Below, piece after piece: positions 24,324-34,593 of a DNA stretch of 34,593 nt. Positions within the stretch are counted from its first letter, which is position 1, and each line of letters opens with the position of its first letter. A model generated the notes under the pieces. The model was not told the DNA's origin. It ran no database searches and saw only the letters and a program-made list of their open reading frames with translations. The DNA lies in assembly GCF_006345805.1 (NCBI RefSeq), contig NW_021831681.1, forward strand, positions 1-34,593, written 5' to 3'. The DNA comes from Octopus sinensis. Its lineage: Eukaryota. The position numbers were made by a program, and so were the translations under genes.

Positions 24324-24358
24324 GTTTCCGACGAAGAGCTCTGCTCGAAACGTTAAAC
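24324..24358 (+). ncRNA. Degenerate ultra-minimal hammerhead (paralogous copy at 6017-6051)
   Basis: GUUU-CCGACGA-aGAGC-ucu-GCUC-GAAACGUU-AAAC. The copy-1 version keeps CUGACGA but has GUAA, so the consensus of the two is an intact core. Confidence 0.55.
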
Positions 24359-24512
24359 CCTCCTCCTTCCCTTCTTTCCTAAGCGTCAAATATTACTATA
24401 TTTGTTCCACGTCCTCGCATTGTTGTGTTTTTTAGTGCTTTCTTGTTTAGATTAAATTTAACTATATATATACATGTGTGAGTGTATATATATATATATA
24501 TGTGTAGAAATA

Positions 24513-24545
<33 letters not shown>

Positions 24546-24568
24546 ATGTGTGCGTGTGTGTGTGTGTA

Positions 24569-25190
24569 CTTGAAGACATACCCGGTATTGCTGGGGATTC
24601 AAATGGCAAAGATGGTATATAATATATTCCAGTCATTTTGAAACAGGTGATATGGGAAAGTGCAACATTGACAACAAAACATTTGTTGAGTAAATGCTGG
24701 GCTAACTCGACTAAGCAACATGCTATGCGTCCGTTTGGAGTGTTTCAGGCCCTAACCTGTCATGCAAAATTGGAGGTGGGGTTTGTGTGATTTTTGAACG
24801 CACCGAAATGCTGTCAGTGGATATACTCTCCTTTGCAGCAGTGTGCGCTGTGTCTAACACGGCCCATCATCGGAAATTTTGACACTTCACGTCGGGTTTG
24901 TTGTCCTACATCACTCATAGAGTAAATTTGGAGGAACTGTGGTTGTTCATTTGTGTGTGTGCGCGTGTAGGCATATATTGCCCTTGAACTTTGACGTGGG
25001 CGTAAATTCATGTTTATCTATCTTCTTAGATTCACCAAACGATGTCATTTGAAATGCAGAGTTGTATTGTCTGATATTGTTCAAGAAGTCGTTTGACTGA
25101 ATTGAAGCGCCTTCTAGAAGATTCCTAAGGGGTTGACATGGTTGTGTTGGCAATGATACCTGTCCGAATATGTTGTTATCTATTGCATTG
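24569..25190 (-). mobile_element. Helitron remnant (paralogue)
   Basis: ORF pieces PLRNLL...FLNNIRQYNSAFQMTSFG and NEQPQFLQIY; terminal CTAG decayed. Confidence 0.8.
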
Positions 25191-25260
25191 TTTTAAGTTC
25201 GAAACGATAATAAATATCCTGAAGTTCTATTTATATGATGCTATTTCTATTTTTTCAAAG

Positions 25261-25312
25261 AACCGTTTCATCTCCAAGAAATCTCTCGACGATAAACCTG
25301 ATGACACACCAA
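25261..25312 (+). CDS. Gene copy 2, exon 2
   Basis: Identical to 9793-9844; acceptor ttttttcaaAG, donor GTAAGA. Confidence 0.78.
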
Positions 25313-25569
25313 GTAAGAACTAATTTTATGGCTAAAGTCTTTTACCCGTGACTCATTAACTAATGATTTATAATTTCACCAACTTTGAATTAGTTCCACA
25401 TTACTATCCATATGTCCACAAAATATATACTAAGACACTTGCCTGAATTTATTTAAAACTATGTTCTACTTTACAATAATTTCCTAAATAAAATGTTATT
25501 CTTATATACTTATATGCCTTTTATTGTGTGTATATGAGTATACATGCAGTGCTACGTCGATAATTGTAC

Positions 25570-26680
25570 CAAGCCCATAAATACAATCATTTGAACATCC
25601 ATATAAGTATTTTATGGCAACCAGTATATACCCATTAAACTCACCCTCCTGGTAAACCATCCGCAACATGCCCCAGGGCACGTGATCTTGAGCCTTTCCG
25701 TGGTTTACAGCGTATAAACCTTGGAAATAATTCAATGTTGGCTGGAAGATCAGTCTTGAACGAATCTCTGGTCGGGTGTACTTCGTCCAAGACGGTAATC
25801 TTGGGCGCGACAATTTCCCTACATATCTATTCCTGACATTTAGTGTAGATTTTCTATAATTAGAATACACTCTTTGGTCTCAATTTGAAAAGATTATGAT
25901 TGTCACCCCATATTACCATTGCCTTGGTGTTTTTTCCAGAGGTCTCATCCACCTAGCATACATGGGTCACTCAGAGAATACCATCTGTATTTAAAGTTTC
26001 GAAAATATCAAGCCGAACGTGCTTTTCACCAGCAGCTTTATCACTTTTAAGTGAGTTTAGCTCAAATAAGCCTTCAAACGAAGAAGAACCTGCCGAAAAA
26101 CATAATACAATCACGAATCCATTTCGAGGTCCAACTTCATTCAGGCGGGTCACTCTCAATTTGGATGCAAATGTCTCCACATTTTCGTTTCTGATTCCAG
26201 CATCCACTGCGGCTTCCAACTGTATTCTGTAGGTCGCACTAGACTTACCAATTTCCAGTGTTCTGCAGACTGTAGGAATTTTCAGGTTTTTAGACATTTA
26301 GGTAGTGACGAGTTGACAACTCCACCCTTCCTTTTACCCGAACGTTCAGCAAAGAGTGAAAGATGACCGAAATCTATCAGAAACCTCTGTCACCAAGTAT
26401 TTCTAAATCAGGCACCCTTATAAATATCCCTGTCTTAAAAGAATATCTATACCATAGAGAGGAGAAGTGTGTATCCTGCAATGAAGGCTGCTATGACCTC
26501 TCCATTAAGTTCACTGACGACATTCCTTCCAATCAATCCTTCTCACGGTTATCAGTGCCAAGGTGTGCACTGAAGTCTCCTTGCAGGACAAATGACTTTA
26601 CCCCAAATATATCTAAAGCTGAGGTGAATTTGCTTAGGAAGGATTTGTATTTGACATCGCTGTTTGCTGCATATACTTAC
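25570..26680 (-). mobile_element. Decayed RTE-clade LINE (paralogue, internally deleted)
   Basis: Colinear with 10500-11575; motifs YSNYR, KAQDHVPWGML and GDFSAHLG. Confidence 0.75.
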
Positions 26681-26944
26681 AGAACGCTAAGGGCTCGAAG
26701 AAATAGCCATACCGCGTCATCCATCGAGTGGGATAAAAGCAGTTGCCCCCGGATCTTGATTGGAGGAGACGATTCGGGAATATATTGCAGTCTCCACCCA
26801 ACTCAATCTGAGATGAATGGGGACGGAATACAAAATATGCGTCTTCCAAACACCGAAGCAGGTCCAGATGGGATCAACCGTTCATAATTGAGAATTAGAC
26901 TGTCAAAACCGGACGATACAAAGCGCTATGAATGAAGGAGTGGT

Positions 26945-27190
26945 GTAGCTGTTGGAAGTAAATGCACCCAATAGCGAGGGCAAATACAAATGCTTCCTTA
27001 ACAAAGTCACTGCAGCTTTGGATATATTTGGGGTAAAGTCATTTGTCTTACAAGGAGACTTCCGTGCACACTTTGACGCTGATAACCGCAAGAAGTATTG
27101 ATTGGGTGGAATCGCCCCACACACATAATTGGGGTGGCCATACTAGTCTTCTGGAAGGAAACGGACTCTCTTCGCGCCAAACACCAAGCT
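26945..27190 (+). mobile_element. RTE-like endonuclease fragment in the opposite orientation
   Basis: Plus strand reads LLEVNAPNSEGKYKCFLNKVTAALDIFGVKSFVLQGDFRAHF; an inverted relative of 26521-26678. Confidence 0.72.
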
Positions 27191-27304
27191 GATATTCGTA
27201 AATGGCAAATCAGGTGCCAAGAATTGATAATATTGCCAACATATCTATAAAAGAAGGACTTAATCATTTTTATTGTCACAAATATATATAAATGTATATA
27301 TATA

Positions 27305-27351
<47 letters not shown>

Positions 27352-27353
<2 letters not shown>

Positions 27354-27773
27354 CGCAGGAGTGGCTGTGTGGTAAGTAGCTGCTGCTACCAACCACATGG
27401 TTCCGGGTTCAGTCCCACTGCGTGGCACCTTGGGCAAGTGTCTTCTACTATAGCCCCGGGCCGACCAATGCCTTGTGAGTGGATTTGGTAGACGGAAACT
27501 GAAAGAAGCATGTCGTATTATATGTATATATATATATGTATATGTGTGTGTGTTTGTGTGTCTGTGTTTGTCCCCCTAGCATTGCTTGACAACTGATGCT
27601 GGTGTGTTTTACGTCCCCGTCACTTAGCGGTTCGGCAAAAGAGACCGATAGAATAAGTACTGGGCTTACAAAGAATAAGTCCCGGGGTCGATTTGCTCGA
27701 CTAAAGGCGGTGCTCCAGCATGGCCGCAGTCAAATGACTGAAACAAATAAAAGAGTAAAAGAAAAAAGAGTAA

Positions 27774-27775
<2 letters not shown>
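27352..27775 (+). mobile_element. Full-length Octopus-type tRNA-derived SINE with CORE-like domain and internal microsatellite
   Basis: A box TGGCTGTGTGG, B box GGTTCAGTCCC, CORE-like GTGGCACCTTGGGCAAGTGTCTT, 3' GGCGGTGCTCCAGCATGGCCGCAGTC...TGAAAC and a purine tail. Flanked by (TA)n. Confidence 0.88.
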
Positions 27776-27809
<34 letters not shown>

Positions 27810-28138
27810 TCACATCCAAGTTCAACTACAAAACAAACATCCGTTTTTAAGGGAGACAAATACACATTCTGATATTCTGAGATTAATCTCTCAATTCGTT
27901 GACATCAACGTCAACAACAGGCTCAATAGACAAATGACTAATTTTCTTCGTTTAAAATTTATTCTTAGCGAATCATTTACTTCTTTCATTCTGATTTTCA
28001 TTCATTCACTCATTCTTTCTCTCTTAAATTCTAAATGTATCTCCTCTCTATCAATTCCTTCCAAGCCAACAACTTCCTTTGTATAGGATTCAAGAATTCT
28101 TTATTTTAAACTAAATTATTTCATTTTAAATTTCACAG

Positions 28139-28213
28139 AACCCGGTCTCGGATCATTGTATACCCGGTGGGGCAGAACAAGTTGTCCTCCTTATTCAAAC
28201 CTTGTATATGACG
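28139..28213 (+). CDS. Gene copy 2, exon 3 (KPGLGSLYTRWGRTSCPPYSNLVYDG)
   Basis: tttcacAG acceptor, GTTAGT donor, 75 nt, 3 aa changes versus copy 1. Confidence 0.85.
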
Positions 28214-29577
28214 GTTAGTATAAACTATACTTCTGTTCACTCTTTCTCTCTTTATCTTTCTCTTCTTCTCTTTTTATTCCTCTCATTTTCTCTTTCTGTC
28301 GCCCCCTCTCTTTCCGTTTCTCACACACGGACACGCACGCACGCACACTCAAGCAAATCATGTGATATATCACGTTTCAAACGATACCTATAGACCCTGT
28401 TGAGACTGCACAAGACTGCTTACTTCTTTGTAGGTATTTGGTCAAATCAGAATTTAAATGTTGTCTACTTCGGTTCGGACAGGTGAAAATGATGTTGTCT
28501 AACCTCAGAATATAGATATCTCTACGATAATTATAGATAGGACTAGACTGGAATCCAGTACAGCGATCAAGGACTCCTGGCTGACTTGTATGGAGTGTAG
28601 ATATCAAATACCGAGGCTGCTAACTGGTGATCAAGTGTACTGGATACGGATGGTGGTATTATACGTGAGTGACCAGAACTGAAAAGTGGCCACTTGACTA
28701 TCATTAACTAGAGTGTCTATTGATTGTAGTTATAGACTACAATCAATTGATGAACGAATGTATAGGGTTAATCAAATGAACGCAGAATGTACAATGTGGA
28801 CTGGACAACCCATACACTGTAACTAATGGACAAAGCTAACTAAGGGCCGTATGTATTATGCCAAATATGGAGGGACCAAGTACCACTGAGGGAACCCAGT
28901 GAGTACATATTGCACTTCTAATCTTCTCCGCCTTACCGATATCGCCCTATTCCTCAAACCTCTCTCTTTCATGCACCACCTCCCCTCATTAATTGTCCAG
29001 TATATCTTTGTAAGGTATCGCCGGCACATCCAATTCAAAGCTATTGCTTCCCACATCTTCTCCAACCAATCTCGCATCCTTTGTGAATCTGCTCTCTATA
29101 AACCCTACACATATCGTTTATCGGTCGCCCACTCCGCTGTCCATTCTTCTTAGCACTACGCACCATCAATGAGCTTCAAAATTCACTCCACCTCAGTTCA
29201 TGCTTTGCATGAAATAAAATCTCTGTGATCATAATATTATAGTATGTGGTATTACCGTCTCGTGGTAGGCCTGACTCGTCCCAGACAAACCGATGGATAT
29301 AGCCAGACACACACCGTATGGTCGGCTAAACAGTATTTCATCCCCTCTTACCCACCAGTTCTCTGCATGTCACCGTCTCTCGTATTGTTCTACTCTCAAA
29401 CCACATGCAATTCCCATCACCAACAATTTTCCCGTTCAAACGGGAACGACATCTTTTCATTTCGGGAAATCACGACCACATGCGTTACAATATCCCTTTC
29501 CTTTCTCCGTTTATTGACATCCACACACGAACATGTACCCCCTGCAATACACATCACAACCACGATTACTTAACCGT

Positions 29578-29610
<33 letters not shown>

Positions 29611-29834
29611 TATATATATAAAGAGAAGAGAACGCACAGCTGCGAACACATGCGCACTCCCATCCAGCAACACACAGCTTACACTTACATAAACACTAAC
29701 ACATACACCACAATTCGTTCACACGTGACTAAACATGGCTCCTTTTAAGGGTCAAACTGTAATGAATGTTTCCGTTATTTCATATATAATTTTGCCTATA
29801 TCTTTTTTACTTGATTTATTCTTACTAATTCAAG

Positions 29835-30333
29835 GTGGGCTGGTGGACAAAATTTTGACAAGACAGGTGGCGGAAATAATCTCTTATGCCTACCCAACGA
29901 CCCCATTTGGGCCAATTATACTGCAAAAGGGGAAAATGCGGGTTGGATTTATGGCAGTGAATATCAACTACAGTCATACGACACCAATACTATTTTTTCT
30001 TTTGCTAACGCTAAATCACTTCATGATCACAACGTTCCGTGCGCTGTCTGTTTGACACGACAACCTGCTGTTGTTATGATGTTACCAGGCAGGAATGAGT
30101 GTTACGCTGGTTGGACAGCTGAGTATTCAGGATATTTGATGTCCAGTAATCACGAAGAAAAGGGCAGACTAGAATATGTGTGTGTGGACTATGCACCAGA
30201 AGCTGATCCAGCAGGTTACAGAGACGAAAATGGAGCTGTTTTATATTTCGTTCAGGCTGCTTGTGGTTCATTGCCATGTCCACCGTTTGTCAATGGTCAC
30301 GAATTAACCTGCGTTGTGTGCAGTAAATATTGA
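29835..30333 (+). CDS. Gene copy 2, exon 4 (C4/NC1-like domain). One base short at the acceptor: a frameshifted allele/pseudogene or a sequence error
   Basis: The homologous frame is open from 29836 (WAGGQNFDKTGGGNNLLCLP...CVVCSKY*) and keeps all cysteines. Splicing at the AG at 29833-29834 enters a shifted frame that stops at 30055. Confidence 0.75.
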
Positions 30334-30443
30334 ATAGAAATTAAATTCGGTTCCATATGAAAATATGTCTGTGAATTAAAAGAAATAATATAAAATTTTA
30401 ATTGTTTTACCTAATATTTACTTCAAAGTATGTCTATCGTTAC

Positions 30444-30449
30444 AATAAA
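30444..30449 (+). terminator. Polyadenylation signal of copy 2
   Basis: AATAAA homologous to 17351-17356. Confidence 0.5.
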
Positions 30450-31828
30450 CTGTTGTACTAGTTTACAGAAGATATTCAAACAATACAAAAGAGGCGACGT
30501 AGAATGCCAGAAATATCCTCAAAAACAAGAAAAATCTAAATCTGTCGAAATGATTCTAGAAAACATTTTGTAAGATTTCAGTTTATCAAACTTATCGTTG
30601 AAATAAAATGTTATTTTGTTTAACTGTATTTTGTCTTCTGTCTCATGATTCAACAAACCCCAAATAAAGTACCACCATAGAATTATATCAGCTTTCATGC
30701 ACAGCCTTAGAATTTCTAATACTCGACGCTACTATCTCCGACATCTTGGTTTTCAAATTACAGCTCGGATTCTGACAAGGAGCCATGAACCGCTACATTG
30801 CATAGCACAGAACTTAACTGATTCTTTCAACAACAACCAGATACTTCCACACAATCCATTCTTTGCCGTTATTAATCAGGAAAGCTTTCCGATCCATTCC
30901 AAACCCATATCTTATAAAACCTATTTATCGTCTACTTTAGAAATATCACAAAATGTTCAATTTAGCTTTCTGAGAATGTGGAATTTACACGATCAATCCC
31001 TCAAAGACAGTATAAATGAGTATTGGTCCTGCCAACCTATATCTATATCACAAATTCCCACCTCTCTTCAAAATAAGACAAAATGAAACTCGATGCACAC
31101 AACATACACATCATATACTAAACGCTGATATACAAGAATAAGAAATGAAATCAACCAGAAAAATTGCCTCATTTCGACAGCAGAGATCATCAAATACGAC
31201 GATTTCTTTCACTCATCTACGTAAACATACCAGACTCGAAGAAAGGATGGATCCTAGAAGCTGAATAGATTTCATGCGAAACGAATACAAAACCCATAAA
31301 AGTGAGAGTAAAGAGAGCAAATATAGTCAGGGCAAGCACGGATGCTGTGTGTAAGAAGGCTGAGATGTTGTGACCGTCACGTTATATCCAATAGGATTCA
31401 TGACAGTATGTTGGAGTGTGTCGAATATTTGTCAGATAAACGAAGGTTTCGGTTAACAGCATCAAGCTGCAATAAAGATTAAAGATTATTAATGTTTACT
31501 ATCCCACTATTATTAGTCTGATGGGTAAATCTGCATTCGTTTCTCTAGATTACAAATATTTTCCTGGTTGTAAATCGTAAACAATTGCAGAGAATACGGA
31601 CGCTGGTAGATCTTCAAATTCATCTTTTGATTCAGCGGCATAATTAGACAGTTAAAACGACCGCCAGGTGTTTAAGCTGTACAGAGCATGCGCAGCTGCA
31701 TATGCAACCCGCCATTACAATAGGAAAAATTATGGGACTTTGTTGAAATCTGACATGGATGTAAGATTTATTTTGTAGCTTATTTCGAATTAACCTTATT
31801 TCGAGGGCCAAACCGAGAGTGTTACACA

Positions 31829-31883
<55 letters not shown>

Positions 31884-32237
31884 ACATACACATATATATA
31901 TTAAATTTGGTCAAACTATATCTGAGGGGTCTAATATGCTTCATCTAAGAATATTTAATCATAACTATGGAATTCCGTCGTACATATGCAGTCCATACGG
32001 AAGGTGCACTTGCGAATTGAGTTTCAAATGGGAGACGCTGTACCTGTATGTTTTGCTATGATTTATAAAACAAGAAGAAACATATTCAAAGCTAGTGATA
32101 ATGACTAGCTAAAAATATGTATGAATGTCATTATTCGGTTTTAATAGAATATTTATGGCCAACAGAAAGAGAGACGGCTTCTAACTTAGTTCCAAGTATC
32201 TTTCATTGGAATTTCAACAACATGAACAGGATATTTT

Positions 32238-32780
32238 TGTATGTATGTATGAATGTATGTATGTATGTATGTATGTATGTACGTATGCATGTATGTATGT
32301 ATGTATGTATGTATGTATGTATGTATGTATGTATGTATGTATGTATGGATGCATGCATGCATGTATGTATGTATGTATGTATGGATGCATGTATGTATGT
32401 ATGCATGTATGTATGCATGTATGCATGAATGCATGTATGTATGTCTGTATGTATGTATGTATGTATGCATGTATGTATGTATGCATGTATGTAAGTAAGT
32501 ATGTATGTATGTATGCATGTATGTATGCATGTATGCATGCATGAATGTATGCATGTATGTATGTATGTATGCATGTATGTATGTATGCATGTATGTATGT
32601 ATGCATGTATGTATGTATGTATGTATGTATGTATGTATGTATGTATGTATGGATGCATGCATGCATGTATGTATGTATGTATGTATGTATGCATGTATGT
32701 ATGTATGCATGTATGTATGTATGCATGTATGTATGTATGTATGTATGTATGTATGTATGTATGTATGTATGTATGTATGT
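32238..32780. repeat. (ATGT)n/(ATGC) microsatellite
   Basis: Direct inspection. Confidence 0.92.
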
Positions 32781-33235
32781 CAGGTCTCTTTCGAGTGCTA
32801 CTGGTAACATGTAACCCAGTACAACCTGTTGCATTTTCGGGTCGTCGGCGACTAAACCGGCAACGCAACCAAGCTTGCTTGGTGAAGAGGGTGTTTACTG
32901 GAAACCCTGCGGGATGAAAAACAAAACCCGTCAAAGAGCGGAGGAATTCTTGAGTCAACGGCCATCCAATAAATGTCTTAAGACTGTATCATGCGCGGGG
33001 ACATAGAAATAATCGGACTGAATACTCGATCGTGCGGTTAAACCACAGGGAGTGAAGGACTTCTAGCCTTTGTTAGGGCATCCTTCTAGGAGAGGCTAAC
33101 TCAGGTAACTGGGATAACTCCGACATAAAACCTGCGGCTCAGTGGTTACCGATGATGTTGAATTATTCTTCTTTTCGGATTATGGCTGCTGTTGATTAGT
33201 GAGTGGGATTGACTCAGTGCACAGCCTTTCCTCGC
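32781..33235 (+). mobile_element. Interspersed repeat resembling an RTE-type LINE 5' UTR, embedded in (ATGT)n
   Basis: GC-richer block with GGGCATCCTTCTAGGAGAGGCTAACTC, similar to a motif seen in RTE 5' UTRs; no ORF. Confidence 0.35.
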
Positions 33236-33743
33236 TTTAAAAAAATCTTCATGCACAGGCATTGCACGATAACAACATTGATTAAGCACCGAGCAATGGC
33301 CATGCTCGATAATGAGGGGGCAGCCACCAAGTATGAATGTATGTATGTATGTATGTATATATGGATGTAAGTATGTATGTATATATGGATGTATGTGTAT
33401 ATATGTCTATCGATATATACATGCTTACATTCATACCTACATGCGTGCATACATGTGTGCATACATACATGTAAGTATACATATATGCATGCATGTATGT
33501 ATGTATGTATGTATGCATGTATGTATGTATACATGTATGTATGCATGTATGTATGTGTGTGTGTATATATGTATGGGTGGGTGGGAATTGGTAGGTTTTG
33601 ATTTTGATATTCCCATAAAACTTTTCTAATCCGATTAACGCTTGTTGTGAAGAATCCAATCCGAACATTAGACTTCATTAGATTAAGTCTTGCGATTACT
33701 GTTTGGGTTGAACGAAATACTTCCCACACTGAATATTAAAACA

Positions 33744-34022
33744 GTGTGTGAGTGTGAGTGTATGTGTGTGTGTGTGTGAGTGTGTGTGTGTGTTAGTGTG
33801 TGTGTGTGAGTGTTTGTCAGTGTGTGTGTCATTGTGTGTGTCTATGTGTGAGTGTGTGTATGTGTGTCAGTGTGTGTCTGTGTGTTTGTTAATTTGTGTG
33901 TGTGTGTCAGTGTTTATTGGTGTGTGTGTGTCAGTGTGTGTTTGTGTGTGTGTGTGTCCGTGTCTGTTTGCGTGTCAGTGTGTGTGTATGCGTTTGTGTG
34001 TCTTTGTGTCTGTGTATTTGTT
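33744..34022. repeat. Compound (TG)n/TCAG microsatellite upstream of copy 3
   Basis: Direct inspection. Confidence 0.9.
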
Positions 34023-34434
34023 GGTTGAACGAAATACTTCCCACACTGAATATTAAAACAGTTTCCCAAGAATAAACAAATAAAATTAAATAACAACATT
34101 AGTAAATAAATATATCATAATATATCCAGAAACAGGAATCATTTCACTTTACACGTGTCTCTCATTCATCAAAATATTTTCCTAATTATTGTGTGACAAT
34201 ATCAAACCATCTCTTTCCAATAATTAAACCTCTCAGACAAGTTCACGCCCACTTTTACAGTTCCACCAATCGCATTGGTTCATAAATTTACGATAAGATC
34301 TATGCCAGAGCTGGGTTGTTGTGCGCTCAATAAATACGTGGAATTCAGTTACAGGTCTTCAGATTAAACCTCGCATCTCGATCTTTTGTTGAAGCCACAC
34401 GAAGTATCACGTACGACCGACAACTGTCACCAGA

Positions 34435-34578
34435 ATGGATTTCGCACAACTGTCCAGGAATATTTCGCAGCGTTATTCCATTTCTTCTCTCATAGCTTTT
34501 GGGGTTCTTCTCGTTCTGACGATCGTGATTCTTCATCAAGATTCAAGAATAGGAAAAATGGAAGAGAAGTCGAAAACG
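34435..34578 (+). CDS. Gene copy 3, exon 1 (gene continues beyond the window)
   Basis: Same 48 aa with one silent AAA>AAG change; GTAAGT donor at 34579. Confidence 0.83.
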
Positions 34579-34593
34579 GTAAGTCATGGATTT

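Larger units (their letters stand above)
18870..31450 (+). repeat. Tandem duplication unit 2
   Basis: Colinear with unit 1 but lacks the unit-1 insertions at 3503-4667, 6203-9020 and 13697-16470. Carries its own at 21332-21815, 22578-22717 and 27352-27775. Confidence 0.85.
33570..34593 (+). repeat. Tandem duplication unit 3 (5' part only)
   Basis: Nearly identical to 560-1813, including the upstream block that is absent from unit 2. Confidence 0.85.

Noticed and set aside
26363-26887. 174-aa plus-strand ORF
   Set aside because: Antisense to the decayed LINE endonuclease, spans a rearrangement junction, and is frameshifted in unit 1.
28719-28747. Perfect 12-bp hairpin ATTGATTGTAGT-tatag-ACTACAATCAAT
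   Set aside because: Not conserved in the paralogous intron; likely a local template-switch inversion.
30697-31086. 129-aa ORF downstream of copy 2 (and minus ORF 17446-17736)
   Set aside because: No recognisable domain and not preserved in the paralogous flank; at most decayed retroelement sequence.

Overview
Eukaryotic, AT- and microsatellite-rich DNA. The SINE types and the (TA)n/(CA)n/(ATGT)n landscape look like a coleoid cephalopod (Octopus-like) genome; this is an inference. The window holds a head-to-tail tandem array of a + strand, 4-exon gene. Copy 1 is join(1655..1798,9793..9844,12526..12600,16725..17221), 255 aa with consistent splice phases. Copy 2 is join(20308..20451,25261..25312,28139..28213,~29835..30333), with a 1-nt deficit at the exon-4 acceptor. 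Copy 3 is exon 1 only (34435..34578), cut by the window end. The product has an N-terminal hydrophobic anchor, a short charged stalk and a 10-Cys short-chain-collagen-C4 / collagen-IV-NC1-like domain, with no Gly-X-Y helix. Promoter, exon 1 and exon 2 are almost identical between copies, whereas exon 4 differs in four clustered hypervariable segments. Introns and flanks are filled with tRNA-derived SINEs, RTE-like LINE remnants, a Helitron remnant, a TIR element and several Penelope-like termini. The last carry eight recognisable minimal type I hammerhead ribozyme motifs plus one speculative remnant; several lie on the sense strand of the pre-mRNA. Most ORFs in the six-frame track are microsatellite artefacts.
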